DNA of 64,000 nucleotides. It comes from Balanoglossus misakiensis. Its lineage: Eukaryota; Animalia; Hemichordata. How positions within the stretch are numbered: the stretch's first letter is position 1; each line of letters begins with the position of its first letter. The translations under genes were made by a program, and so were the position numbers. Shown in pieces: positions 1-10,464 of this stretch. Below the pieces are notes generated by a model, which searched no databases, was not told the DNA's origin, and saw nothing but the letters and a program-made list of their open reading frames with translations. The stretch spans positions 1 to 64,000 of the forward strand of contig JBECUI020000034.1 in NCBI GenBank assembly GCA_040954595.2. Reading direction: 5' to 3'.

Positions 1-218
1 TGTGGAATCGTTCCAACAGCCGACCGGCGACTATCGGCAAGTATATCAGCGATGGGGCAGTGTTGGAAGCAAGCATATATATTGGGCAGTTACCTGATGA
101 GTTGAGATTAAGATTATATAGTGAGTACCAAAGCAAGTTCAGTTCCAGCATATATCTGGAAGGTCGATACGAAGAATTTCTTCTTGCAACATTTCGGTGG
201 AGAGATATATTAAAGTAG
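1..218 (+). CDS. partial hypothetical protein (3' end)
   Basis: Frame 3 is open from the window edge to TAG 216-218 (WNRSNSRPATIGKY...FRWRDILK), ending 1 nt before the next ATG. Confidence 0.6.
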   Translation, partial: WNRSNSRPATIGKYISDGAVLEASIYIGQLPDELRLRLYSEYQSKFSSSIYLEGRYEEFLLATFRWRDILK

Positions 219-219
219 T

Positions 220-522
220 ATGGCAAGCCCGACTCACTTTTATTGCGAACATTGTCATCAAGTTGTCAGCATAAATTCAGATCTTTGTCCGCATTGTGGT
301 GCGGTTTTCTCCGGCGTCCGTTGTCCTGGGTGTAATTATTCGGGAAACGTAAAAGATTTCGTTAATGGCTGTCCGGAATGTGGATACCTTGTATACAACA
401 ATGCACCTGCCCAAAAAAAAAGGGGAACTACATTATTGCAACCAGTTGTTGTAACTTCGATTGTGGGAACATTGTTGATTGCCTCGTTTTTATTGACGAT
501 TTGGTACAGGCAGTTACTCTAA
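220..522 (+). CDS. double zinc-ribbon membrane protein
   Basis: Four CxxC pairs (CEHC, CPHC, CPGC, CPEC) and a C-terminal hydrophobic helix. Confidence 0.8.
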   Translation: MASPTHFYCEHCHQVVSINSDLCPHCGAVFSGVRCPGCNYSGNVKDFVNGCPECGYLVYNNAPAQKKRGTTLLQPVVVTSIVGTLLIASFLLTIWYRQLL

Positions 523-526
523 AAAA

Positions 527-1105
527 ATGATGGTTTTGTTTATCTTCATGTTGCTTACATCCCTTGTTTGCTCTCAAGAACTTACCAGCAGTGCGGAAGA
601 CCTGCTTATTCCCAACAATCCGCCGAGCAATGATACGCAGGAAGTGGCGAATTTCTTTTTGCCGTTCGGTTTTTCTACCATAAGCTTATCAGCATCACTG
701 GAGGAAGTGCAGGAAAACCTGCTAAACAATAATAACTTTTTCTATCGTGGTCCGGAAAACGTCACGTTTAGTCCCTATAGCGAAGAGCTTGTTATTGATG
801 TTCCCGGCCTTGGCTTTCTTGAACGTGGAACCTTTCAGTTTAATAGTGATAAAGAACTCATTTCGATCCTTCTGTATTTAGATAGGAAACAACTGGATTA
901 CTATACGATGTATAGTACGTTTTATGAAAAATACCAAGACCCGAAAACTGTCAATCCATCCCGCATGGTATGGAATGACGGTCGGACAATTTTAACCCTG
1001 GAAAAGCCGCTGACAGTAAAGTATATGCAGGCTGAGTTTTTTATATCTAAACCAACCCTAGAGGAGCCACCCTATGCAAAATCTGTTTTTCTTGAACAAT
1101 TCTAA
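527..1105 (+). CDS. exported hypothetical protein
   Basis: 192 aa, N-terminal signal-like hydrophobic stretch, operon spacing. Confidence 0.7.
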   Translation: MMVLFIFMLLTSLVCSQELTSSAEDLLIPNNPPSNDTQEVANFFLPFGFSTISLSASLEEVQENLLNNNNFFYRGPENVTFSPYSEELVIDVPGLGFLERGTFQFNSDKELISILLYLDRKQLDYYTMYSTFYEKYQDPKTVNPSRMVWNDGRTILTLEKPLTVKYMQAEFFISKPTLEEPPYAKSVFLEQF

Positions 1106-1517
1106 ACTTTTTTTCTTGGCAATTATAGTATTAATAACATCTTGTGTTAGCAATAACTTTCTTGATGTTCAAATTAATGATCTATCACTTCAGGTAGAAG
1201 TTGCTGATACTCCCGAAAAAAGAGAACGCGGGCTTATGTTCCGCGAGACACTTCCGGCTAATCAAGGCATGCTTTTTCTCTTTGAAGATGAGCAACGTCG
1301 GGTATTCTGGATGAAAAACACCCCAATCCCTCTGAGCATTGCCTTTATGAACTCCGAAGGGATAATAACAGAAATATTTGATATGGTGCCTGATTCCATA
1401 GAACCAGTGGTATCCCGCTATCCGGCACAGTATGCCCTGGAAGTTGGAGTCGGAATCTTTACCAAACATGGCATACGGGCGGGAGATCGTATGCAGTTTA
1501 AGATGGTGCAAAACTAG
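1074..1517 (+). CDS. DUF192 family lipoprotein
   Basis: VEVADTPEKRERGLMFR, GMLFLF, FWMKNTPIPLSIAF and YALEV motifs; lipobox LITSC. Confidence 0.9.
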   Translation: MQNLFFLNNSKLFFLAIIVLITSCVSNNFLDVQINDLSLQVEVADTPEKRERGLMFRETLPANQGMLFLFEDEQRRVFWMKNTPIPLSIAFMNSEGIITEIFDMVPDSIEPVVSRYPAQYALEVGVGIFTKHGIRAGDRMQFKMVQN

Positions 1518-1529
1518 CTGCACTCCTTG

Positions 1530-1829
1530 TTAGTTTTCTTCGGCTGCGTCAGTATTTGATTGGAGGAATAACTCCATATAGGGTTCACGTGCTTGTCCGG
1601 TCTCGGAACTGCTTTTCAGTTCTTCTTCCTGTTTCTTTAACAGAATTTCTACCTTAGTATCTATTTCATTGAGTTCTGTTTCAAGTTTTTTTGACAATTT
1701 CGTGCCCTCTTCAAAGTATGCACTTGCCTCTGCCAGACTTGTATCAGGATTTCGTAATAACTCACAGAGTTCCTCAAGTCTGCTCAGATTTTCTTCAAAA
1801 CTTTTTTCTTCAGTCTTATTTGAGTTCAT
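1530..1829 (-). CDS. xseB: exodeoxyribonuclease VII small subunit
   Basis: SFEENLSRLEEL...SLAEASAYFEEG motif; start moved to MNSNK, which overlaps the xseA stop. Confidence 0.88.
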   Translation of the reverse strand: MNSNKTEEKSFEENLSRLEELCELLRNPDTSLAEASAYFEEGTKLSKKLETELNEIDTKVEILLKKQEEELKSSSETGQAREPYMELFLQSNTDAAEEN

Positions 1830-3000
1830 CAATTGTTCCTCCTGCCATGCCGTCTTGCATGCGTATCCGAATCTGTTGTCCATGCCGTAATGCGGCATGC
1901 GAAGATATATGCTGTCCCTTATCAGTATACAGAATAGCATATCCACGGTTCAGTGTCATTACAGGATCATAGCTCTTCAAGCGTTCTGCATACACTGATA
2001 GTTTCTTATCTATCATTGCAATTCGTTCTCGCCATAGCCGGTGCAGGGTTTCTCGGAGTTCGTCTACCCGCATATGTTGTGGGACAGCATTTGTGCGTAA
2101 TAGATGGAAAAATGTTTCGATATTTGGCATGCGGCTTCGGCAATGAGTAAGCCGTTCCACGATATTTCTTGCCAGATTTTCGCGATATTTTTCCATACGC
2201 TGCATTAATTCAATACGCTGTTTACAGAGCACTTGGGCTGCGGCAGTAGGGGTGGGGACTCGGTAGTCGGCTACATAGTCGCAGAGGGTCATATCGGTTT
2301 CATGCCCTACTGCAGAGATAACGGGAATTGTTGAAGCCGCGATAGCTCGGACAAGCCCTTCATCGGAGAAGGGAAGGAGATCCTCAAGTGATCCTCCGCC
2401 CCGACTAATAATAATAATATCAGCAAGGCTATCGACATTAATTGCCTGTATTTGTTTAATAATTGATGGAGCGGCATGGATGCCTTGCACCAGGGAGGGG
2501 GCGACAATGATATGCAGGGAAATATCCGCCTCCTGAATTATGCGGAGCATATCCTGTATTGCTGCCCCACGGGGAGAAGTAATAATTGCTACTCGACCTG
2601 GCAACATCGGAAGTAATTTTTTTCTCGATTCGGCAAAGAGTCCCTCATCTGCAAGCTGCTTTTTTAGCTTCTCCAGTTTTAGAAGGATTGCCCCGTCTCC
2701 CGAATAAGAGACCATAGTACAAACAATCTGATAGGCGCCGCGGGGAAGATAAACCGATAAGCTACCGCGCACGGTAAGTGTCATACCGATTTCAGGTTGA
2801 ACAGATGCACTCTTCGTGTTCTGATTAAACATAACAACTGAAATAAGTGCCTGCTCGTCTTTCAATGTCCAATACCAATGACCGGCATGGGAGCGGTGAA
2901 AATTGCTCACTTCTCCCTGAACCAAGACCTGGGTAAACCCTTGTTCGATAGATTGTTTTATTTGATTACTTAATTCCGATACACTAAGGGGCTCTTTCAT
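1816..3000 (-). CDS. xseA: exodeoxyribonuclease VII large subunit
   Basis: OB-fold N-terminus (VQGEVSNF, GHWYWTLKD); RGGGSLEDL, SAVGHETD, PTPTAAA motifs. Confidence 0.97.
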   Translation of the reverse strand: MKEPLSVSELSNQIKQSIEQGFTQVLVQGEVSNFHRSHAGHWYWTLKDEQALISVVMFNQNTKSASVQPEIGMTLTVRGSLSVYLPRGAYQIVCTMVSYSGDGAILLKLEKLKKQLADEGLFAESRKKLLPMLPGRVAIITSPRGAAIQDMLRIIQEADISLHIIVAPSLVQGIHAAPSIIKQIQAINVDSLADIIIISRGGGSLEDLLPFSDEGLVRAIAASTIPVISAVGHETDMTLCDYVADYRVPTPTAAAQVLCKQRIELMQRMEKYRENLARNIVERLTHCRSRMPNIETFFHLLRTNAVPQHMRVDELRETLHRLWRERIAMIDKKLSVYAERLKSYDPVMTLNRGYAILYTDKGQHISSHAALRHGQQIRIRMQDGMAGGTIDELK

Positions 3001-3050
3001 AGATATAACTATTGATTTTATAGAATTTTTATGATATTCTCAAGCGTAAT

Positions 3051-4532
3051 ATGGGTGCTGTTCTCGTATTTAATGCTTCCAAGACATCAAACTATAGTAC
3101 TATGCTTATAGACAATGAACATTGTCTTGAACATCAATACCGGTATGTGCGAGATCTCGGGCATATTGTTGATCGTGTGCTGGTTTTAGGGGCATCTGAA
3201 TCCCTGCCGCGGCACGAGGCATGGGACTACTCTAGGTCTGCATTAACAAGTACTCGGGCATTGATTGAAGAGCTGAGAAAACACTGTAGCAATAGCGATA
3301 CCATTATTTATACATGGTTAGATCAACCCTTTATCAGCCGGGATCTTACCGAACAGTTATTGACCCTCCATCAAGACTATATCTGTGAGTATACCTTTGC
3401 AGATGGCTATCCGATCGGCATAACTCCTGAGATACTGCGCGGAAGTATACTCCCTGCACTTGGAAACCTTCTTGAATCCAAAGACGAAGAATTGGATCGC
3501 AACAGCATTTTTAGTGTCTTGGAACGGGATATCAATGCCTTTGACATAGAGACCGAGATGGCAGACTTTGATTACCGCATGCTCCGTGCGGAACTCTGTA
3601 CCGACACCCGAAAGAACTTTCTTACCTGTAAGAATATCGCTCGAACGGCAAAGCAATGCACTGATAGTGCTATTCTTCGTGTTTTGCGCGAGAATCCGGA
3701 GGTGTTTCGTGTGCTTCCAAGCTACGTTCGGGTACAGCTCAGCAATCATTCGAAGGCATGGGCACGATATGAACCCTATGCTGATTATGCGAAAGAGGCA
3801 GCAGAGTACATTGATTATGCACAGTATTGTCGCTTTATTGATGAACTGGCAGAGTATTCTCCCGATGTCGTTGTATCACTGGGTTATCGTGGAGAAGTTG
3901 CCCACCATCCTGCAATTATCGATTGTATTACGGCAGCGGAATCGCGGGGGCTGACTGTATATATTGAAACGAGTGGAACCAGCTGGAAAGAGGAAGCCCT
4001 CGTGCATGTATCATCGCAGTTAGCTCCCCGGACATGTATCATTATTTCATTGGATACGGTAGACGAAACGGTGTATCGGGAACTTCGGGGAAACTATTTT
4101 CAGGAGGCAATGGCATCTGCTCATCGTCTGGTTGATGCCGGTGGGAATGTGTACGTCGAAGCCACCCGTCTTGCGGGCAAGGAAGATATCTGTGCAGAAT
4201 TTTATCACTATTGGAAGAAATATACTGATCGCATTATTATTAAGAAGTATAATCATTTCTGCGGGCGCTTACCACAACAAAAACCTGTCGATCTCAGTCC
4301 AATTAAACGCATGCCTTGTTGGCAAACCGAACGAGAAATGACTGTATTACTGGATGGCAGCGTAGCACTCTGTGAGCAGGACATCGAACATGCCTACAAT
4401 CTTGGCAATGTTTTTTCAGACGACATACAGAAGGTATGGCAGGCTGGTAGCCGCTTTCATCAAGATCATATTGCAAAGCAGTATCCTGCTCTTTGCCGAA
4501 CCTGCGACGAGTACTATATTTTCAATGCATAA
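3051..4532 (+). CDS. spiro-SPASM protein (SpsF-like N-domain, degenerate radical SAM, SPASM)
   Basis: EYTFADGYPIGITPE, DINAFDIETE and C-terminal RMPCW...GSVALC...CRTCDEYYIFN; fits the TIGR04321 architecture. Confidence 0.88.
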   Translation: MGAVLVFNASKTSNYSTMLIDNEHCLEHQYRYVRDLGHIVDRVLVLGASESLPRHEAWDYSRSALTSTRALIEELRKHCSNSDTIIYTWLDQPFISRDLTEQLLTLHQDYICEYTFADGYPIGITPEILRGSILPALGNLLESKDEELDRNSIFSVLERDINAFDIETEMADFDYRMLRAELCTDTRKNFLTCKNIARTAKQCTDSAILRVLRENPEVFRVLPSYVRVQLSNHSKAWARYEPYADYAKEAAEYIDYAQYCRFIDELAEYSPDVVVSLGYRGEVAHHPAIIDCITAAESRGLTVYIETSGTSWKEEALVHVSSQLAPRTCIIISLDTVDETVYRELRGNYFQEAMASAHRLVDAGGNVYVEATRLAGKEDICAEFYHYWKKYTDRIIIKKYNHFCGRLPQQKPVDLSPIKRMPCWQTEREMTVLLDGSVALCEQDIEHAYNLGNVFSDDIQKVWQAGSRFHQDHIAKQYPALCRTCDEYYIFNA

Positions 4533-5448
4533 GCTCCGGCTCCCTTCCTATACAGTATTTGGTCAAAGCCCACAAAAGAACGTCCGCGGTCTTGGTTGTG
4601 TTTTATTAAACAGAGGGGGACGGTATGAGCGCAGCAATGTCATCCAACATTTGAGCAGTTGTGGGTTTACTTCTATCAGTACTATTGAAAATATGGGCAA
4701 TAGCTATGAATCCGAACAACTTTGCCGAACATTCCCCGAGTTACGTGTGCTGTTATTACAATCGGAGGCATCGTATGGTGAGCTCGTTAATCTGGCTATG
4801 GAAGAATCGGGCAGTGAGTACGTCATGATTATCTGGAACGATCAGAAAAATCTACACCCTGCGGTAGTATTACAGGAATATCTGCGAAAACAACGTTCTC
4901 TCTGCATTGCTCCGCAACTGCTAAATGATGTTAATGATCCTATGCCGGTTATACATTCGCCCGCTCTACACAAGAATGATCTGCATATCCTCAGTACTCG
5001 TGCCCTCTATGTAGGCACCAGGACCCTCTATGCAACAGATTTTACGGGTTTATATCGAAGGGATGCTTTTTTACGCATCGGCGGCTACGATCCGGATATT
5101 GTAGAGCCGTACTGGCAATTAATGGATTTCGGCTTTCGTGCTGGCATGCTTGCCGAAAGGATCACCCTCGACCCACGTTGGAAAATATCCTATCGTTCGG
5201 CGATTGTTATAGAAAACAAAAAGCAGAACACAGCTTATCTACGTTTTCACCTAAAAAATTTATCATTAACTATTGATGAAAACGGCAGTGCCGGTATTCC
5301 AAGGTTGCCCTTATTTCTGCTCTGGTTTCGAAAACGGGCATCTCTGCTTTCTTTATTTCGTTTGCGTTCTTCCCTTTCGTCTTGGCTTATGATGCATAAG
5401 TTTTCTTGTAGTGCAAAAGAGCTTATTCAAAAATGGGATGCAGAATGA
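4525..5448 (+). CDS. glycosyltransferase family 2-like protein
   Basis: GLYRRDAFLRIGGYD and DFGFRA GT2-like segments; ATG overlaps the upstream stop. Confidence 0.7.
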   Translation: MHKLRLPSYTVFGQSPQKNVRGLGCVLLNRGGRYERSNVIQHLSSCGFTSISTIENMGNSYESEQLCRTFPELRVLLLQSEASYGELVNLAMEESGSEYVMIIWNDQKNLHPAVVLQEYLRKQRSLCIAPQLLNDVNDPMPVIHSPALHKNDLHILSTRALYVGTRTLYATDFTGLYRRDAFLRIGGYDPDIVEPYWQLMDFGFRAGMLAERITLDPRWKISYRSAIVIENKKQNTAYLRFHLKNLSLTIDENGSAGIPRLPLFLLWFRKRASLLSLFRLRSSLSSWLMMHKFSCSAKELIQKWDAE

Positions 5449-6137
5449 GAACAGGGGTCTTTCTTCAGGCGCGGTTGGATTCTGTCCGTTTAGCCGACAA
5501 AATTCTTTACCCGCTGGAAGGAATGACTGTAGTCGAATATGCAATGCGTGCACTTCAAAAAATACCCTGTGATATTCATGTTCTCTTATCTGATGAAAAC
5601 AGTAGAGATGTCCTTCTCCCGTTGGTATCTGCTTTCGGATTTCAGTTATTCATCGGGGCCCCAAGCGATGTATTACATCGCTATGTCAGTGCTGCGCGGC
5701 ATTTTTCAGTTGATACCATTGTCCGGGCAACTGGAGACAATCCCTTTGTCTCGCCGAAACTTGCCCGTCTTATACTAGATAGCCATCTAAACGAGCAGAG
5801 CGATTACAGTGCTTTCAACAAGATTCCGCTTGGTACCGGCGTTGAGATCGTCAATGCAGGGGCACTTTTTGCAGCCGAGGCAGGCACTACAAAGGCATAT
5901 GACCGTGAGCATGTCTGCCCCTATATATATCATCATCCTGACCAATTTAGTATTCGCCGACTTGATGCTCCACCGCAGTACTGCTTGGAGGATGCACGGG
6001 TAACCCTTGATACACAAGAAGATTACGAACATCTCTGTTCGTTATTAGAGCAACGAGATGAAACAAATACTGGGACAATTTTTGAGATCGATGAACTCAT
6101 ACTGATACTCCGAAGAAGCAGGGGAACGGGTGACTGA
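5445..6137 (+). CDS. SpsF-like (acylneuraminate) cytidylyltransferase
   Basis: QARLDSVRLADKIL, DVLHRY, RATGDNP, REHVCPY and TLDTQED motifs; ATGA overlap. Confidence 0.9.
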   Translation: MRTGVFLQARLDSVRLADKILYPLEGMTVVEYAMRALQKIPCDIHVLLSDENSRDVLLPLVSAFGFQLFIGAPSDVLHRYVSAARHFSVDTIVRATGDNPFVSPKLARLILDSHLNEQSDYSAFNKIPLGTGVEIVNAGALFAAEAGTTKAYDREHVCPYIYHHPDQFSIRRLDAPPQYCLEDARVTLDTQEDYEHLCSLLEQRDETNTGTIFEIDELILILRRSRGTGD

Positions 6138-7858
6138 GGATTTCATATTTGTTGCTGATATAAGCAGCGGAAGCGGTCATCTTATCCGTTGTATGCGACT
6201 GCAAGCCATGTTAGGTGGCAAGATATTGTTGTATGAGGGAAATTTTTCTGCTGTCGACCGACCGGCAATTGATTGCAAGACATTGGCACGGGAGAACCCC
6301 ATCTTTCTCTACGATGACGGAGAAAAAATTTCCTGCAATACGGTTATATTTGACTGTCGGAAGTTGGAGACGAGGGAGTATACCCGATTTTCTATGCAAC
6401 TCAGTATTGGCGTAGATCTTGGTGGTAGTGCACGCAATCGGGTAACCTATCTTATTGATACCTTACCGAACCTCTATTCGTCGGCAAACATTCTGGATAC
6501 AGGATTTCTTAAAGCTGCAGGGCAGATTCGGCAAGATTGGCCGGATAGTATTCGATCCGTGCTCTTGGTATTTGGCGGAAGCGACCGGGAGAATCGAGCG
6601 GGTGCGGTCGCTATGCAACTGGAGAAGACGAGTGGCTTGAGCGTCGAGGCACTCTGCGGTCCGTTGAGCAAGCCTTTTGAATCGATGCAGCAGCTCCGGG
6701 ATTTCGTGCTTCAGGATGGGATTCACGAAAAACTGCATAGCCATGATCTCGTTCTTACCCATTTCGGACTGCTTGCCTACGAGGCCTTATGGGCAAGGGT
6801 GCCTGTCCTGTTGCTTAATCCCAGTCCATACCATGACAAACTGACGATTCGAGCGGGACTTCCCATGGTATCATCAGCATGGAGAAGAAGTTCCGAGGCC
6901 ATCGCCCGGAAGATAACAAGTACTACGAAATCCTTTGCTTCAATTGTTTCCCAATGTCGCAATGCTCGTCCGCAACAGCAGTTGAATTTATCTGATTATA
7001 TACAGCAATGTATCACCCATTATCGCGGAACTGACATCCGCAATGCCCATGCCGACATATCTCTTGTGCGTTTTCCCGATAGGACCTATTTCCGATCGAA
7101 ACGGTGGAAACTGACATATATGGAACGAGTAGCAGCACGGGATATACACTATACGGAAGATTATTTCTTTCAACAGTATCGGAAACAGTATGGGAAGACC
7201 TATCTTGAAGATGCTGAGCAGATACGAACATTTGCTGTTTCTCGCTTAGATCGGATTAATTCCTTAGCGCCTCCTGCGCGTACATTGTTGGACATTGGTT
7301 GTGCCTACGGTGTGTTCTTACAGGAAGCGGAAAAGGCGGGCTATGAGGTCGAAGGGCTTGACATTTCTTCCTCAGCAGTAGAATATGTAACTGGAAGGCT
7401 GGGTTTTTCGGCACTTCAGCATGATCTACAAGGTGCCGAGCTTGCATCCTTGTACCAAGGGAGGGGATTCGGAGTTTTGTGCATGTGGTATGTTTTAGAG
7501 CACTGTGCTGATTTATTACGAGTTTTGTCATATCTTCAAACTATTATAATGCCTGGTGGTATTCTTGCGCTTGCGCTTCCATCTGCATCCGGCATTAGTG
7601 CAAAGAAGAGTCGTACAAATTTTTTGCGGAGCAGTCCGACTGATCACTTTAGCATCTTTAGTTCCTCCGATCTCGTATCGTTGTTTCGGGAACATGGATT
7701 TCGTCTCTGTCAACGGGTAAGTACGGGGCATCATCCGGAGCGTTTTCCCGGCGTATTTGCAGCGCCGTTTTTTTAGTCCGATATCTTCATGGCTGAGTCG
7801 TCGGGCTGGGCTGGGAGATACCTGTGAGGCATATTTTCGTTATATGGGAGTGAATTAG
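6130..7858 (+). CDS. PseG/SpsG-like GT-B domain fused to class I SAM methyltransferase; apparent 1-nt frameshift at T7 7768-7774
   Basis: GSGHLIRC and VFGGSD N-domain; LLDIGCAYG SAM motif. As given it stops at 7776; removing one T extends it to TAG 7856-7858, which abuts the next ATG. Confidence 0.78.
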
Positions 7859-9481
7859 ATGAAGCGGATTATGATACTTGGCGGTGGTCTCCAGCAGCTC
7901 CCGGCAATACGGCATGCATGGAAACTCGGATGGTACTCTATAGTCTTGGACGGCAACGTGAATGCGCTTGCGCGGTGGGAATCGAATGACTTCTTCAATA
8001 TCGATTTACGAGATACCGAAGCAATCCTTGATTTTGCCATCAAACTTCATGACGAGAAACCGATTGATGCGGTTTTTACTGTCGGGACTGATTTTTCTTA
8101 TCCTGTAGCACTTATTGCGGAGAAACTCTCCTTACCCGGCGTATCGGTAGATTCGGCACGAGTAACAACAAACAAGGTGCTGATGCGCAGACGTATGCAG
8201 GAACATGGATTGCCGATCCCGGCATTTGAGGCGCTTTCGTGGAAGGAAGAAGACCGCGAAGAATCCTTATCGAAGGCAATGCAATTCCTTTCTACCCATA
8301 CTCTCCCGGTTATACTGAAGCCTGCTGACAGTATGGGTGCACGTGGAGTTCGTTTTATCGACACTGCAGATGAGTTAGAAACGGCTTTGCACGAATCGGC
8401 AACATGGTCGCATGTCAATGAGCTTATTATTGAGGAGTGTATTGAAGGCAAGGAACTGAGCATTGATGCTCTTCTCCAAGATGGCATACTTCATATCTGT
8501 GGCATAGCTGACAGGCATATTTCTCTTCGTCCCTATCGGGTGGAGTTAGGACATACATTTCCTGCACAGGTGAGTAGCGAAGATATTGATGCGGCAATTC
8601 GCATATTGGAACGCGCCGCCGCAGCCTTTAACATATCTACTGGTGCTGTAAAGGGAGATATATTTGTCAACAATGGGCAAGCAGTTATTGGAGAAATGGC
8701 ATCTCGGCTATCAGGCGGATTTATGTCGGGGTGGACATATCCGCAGTTCTCTGGGGTAGAATCGGTTGAGCATGCAATGCGTATTGTAGCCAATCTGCCT
8801 CTTATTGAAACCGAATTACTGCCGAACCGTACCGGCAACATAGGGGAGCGAAGCATTATTTCGATCCCTGGTGTTTTCGTTAATCTCAGTGGTTGTGATG
8901 ATGCTTGGGATGTGCGTGCTCTGAGTAATATGTTTCTCTACCCTGATATTGGTGCACGGCTTCGCATCCCGCGTAACAATGTTGAAAAGGTTGGCAGTGT
9001 TATCATCAGCGGCAGAAGCCGAGAGGAGATTGACAAGCAGGCACAAAGAATACTATCAGATATTACAATTCATCTTGCCCCGGGCGATGAAGAAACAGAG
9101 TCCTTTTTATTTGCATCTTCTCAGGATGTATGTATTGGGCCGGAAATTCAACAGTCGGTGAACCGACGATATATTCGTTCATTGCCCCCCTTTGATCAAC
9201 GACTATTGAAGAAAATTCCCTTGCCACTTCCTATCTGGACGATCCCTGCCTTAGAACAGGAATTCGGCACGGATTGGAAGGGTGCCAGGATAGCCGATAT
9301 TATTGATACTGCACGGCGGAAGAAGTACATTCGTACAGTTTCCCGATCACGTGCTGCGTTCGGCTCGCTGATATGGCAGATTATAGAACGCGGTGGCTTA
9401 CAGGCAATCTGCTATTGTTTTGATTCCATCCGTGTTGAAGGAAAGGAGGCACTTAAACGTTGGCAAGGTCTTTTGCGATAA
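7859..9481 (+). CDS. ATP-grasp domain protein
   Basis: ILGGGLQQ, NKVLMR, ILKPADSMGARGV, IIEECIEGKELSID and GEMASRLSGG motifs. Confidence 0.88.
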   Translation: MKRIMILGGGLQQLPAIRHAWKLGWYSIVLDGNVNALARWESNDFFNIDLRDTEAILDFAIKLHDEKPIDAVFTVGTDFSYPVALIAEKLSLPGVSVDSARVTTNKVLMRRRMQEHGLPIPAFEALSWKEEDREESLSKAMQFLSTHTLPVILKPADSMGARGVRFIDTADELETALHESATWSHVNELIIEECIEGKELSIDALLQDGILHICGIADRHISLRPYRVELGHTFPAQVSSEDIDAAIRILERAAAAFNISTGAVKGDIFVNNGQAVIGEMASRLSGGFMSGWTYPQFSGVESVEHAMRIVANLPLIETELLPNRTGNIGERSIISIPGVFVNLSGCDDAWDVRALSNMFLYPDIGARLRIPRNNVEKVGSVIISGRSREEIDKQAQRILSDITIHLAPGDEETESFLFASSQDVCIGPEIQQSVNRRYIRSLPPFDQRLLKKIPLPLPIWTIPALEQEFGTDWKGARIADIIDTARRKKYIRTVSRSRAAFGSLIWQIIERGGLQAICYCFDSIRVEGKEALKRWQGLLR

Positions 9482-10464
9482 TAATACTGTGTATTGCTAC
9501 TTTCCGTATTGGGGCAGACATACCGCTAGTCAATGTACTGGAGGATGTTTCCGCAGTTTTACAGTGGGATAGCTATCTACAGACAGGGGTTATTTGGCGC
9601 AATACTACATCGGTCAGTTTTGCTGTAGATATGCCTTTTGTTCTTATAAATTTTTCTGAAGTGCGGAAGATAGAACCAATAGTTTATAGTGATCATAGCT
9701 TGCGGATCTCTACTCGTACAGATGCCGTATTACGTGAATTATTTCCTCCCATAGAGCTTCCTGAGGGGAGATATACCACTGTAACAACGATATTCATTGA
9801 TCCGGGGCATGGTGGGAAGGACGGAGGGGCATCAAGTTCTTTTGGGAAAAAGAATGACGTTATCTTTGAAAAGGATGTAGTCTTGAATGTTGGATTATAT
9901 CTGAAAGAACTTCTGCAGCGAGAATACCCCAACAAAGAAATAATTATATCTCGTAGCGTAGATGAGTATATCTCACTGGAAGAACGAACAATAATGGCGA
10001 ATAAGATCGACATTGCTGAGCGTGAATCCATACTCTTTGTATCAATACATGCAAATGCCTCGCTGAATAGGGAAGCCCGTGGGTTTGAAGTTTGGTATTT
10101 GCCGCCGGAAGTAGAGCGGGAAAATATTATTGTGAACGAGACAGTAGATGATCCAGATGTAATTAGCATTTTACATACCTTGAAGGACGAAGAATTGACG
10201 ATTGAAAGCATTTTATTGGCGCAGAACATCCTAAAAGCAATGGATGCACAAATTGGACATGCGTCGATAAATAGGGGAATACGGGAAGAGTCGTGGTACG
10301 TTGTACGCAATGCACGCATGCCTTCTGTGCTTGTTGAAATAGGTTTTATCAGTAATCCCGAGGAGGCATTGCTTTTGAGCAAGAATAGCTATTTACAACA
10401 GATTGCCCTTGCATTGGTCAATGGTATCCGAAATTTTATTTCTTTGATTGAACGTGAAAATTAA
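9460..10464 (+). CDS. N-acetylmuramoyl-L-alanine amidase (Amidase_3)
   Basis: IDPGHGGKDGGA, EKDVVL, FVSIHANA and SVLVEIGFISNPEE motifs; signal peptide. Confidence 0.95.
   Translation: MARSFAIIILCIATFRIGADIPLVNVLEDVSAVLQWDSYLQTGVIWRNTTSVSFAVDMPFVLINFSEVRKIEPIVYSDHSLRISTRTDAVLRELFPPIELPEGRYTTVTTIFIDPGHGGKDGGASSSFGKKNDVIFEKDVVLNVGLYLKELLQREYPNKEIIISRSVDEYISLEERTIMANKIDIAERESILFVSIHANASLNREARGFEVWYLPPEVERENIIVNETVDDPDVISILHTLKDEELTIESILLAQNILKAMDAQIGHASINRGIREESWYVVRNARMPSVLVEIGFISNPEEALLLSKNSYLQQIALALVNGIRNFISLIEREN

Noticed and set aside
9693-10382. Long antisense or alternative-frame ORFs (229 aa here; also 33065-33658, 49220-49840, 24775-25371)
   Set aside because: Shadows of well-supported genes, with no motifs of their own
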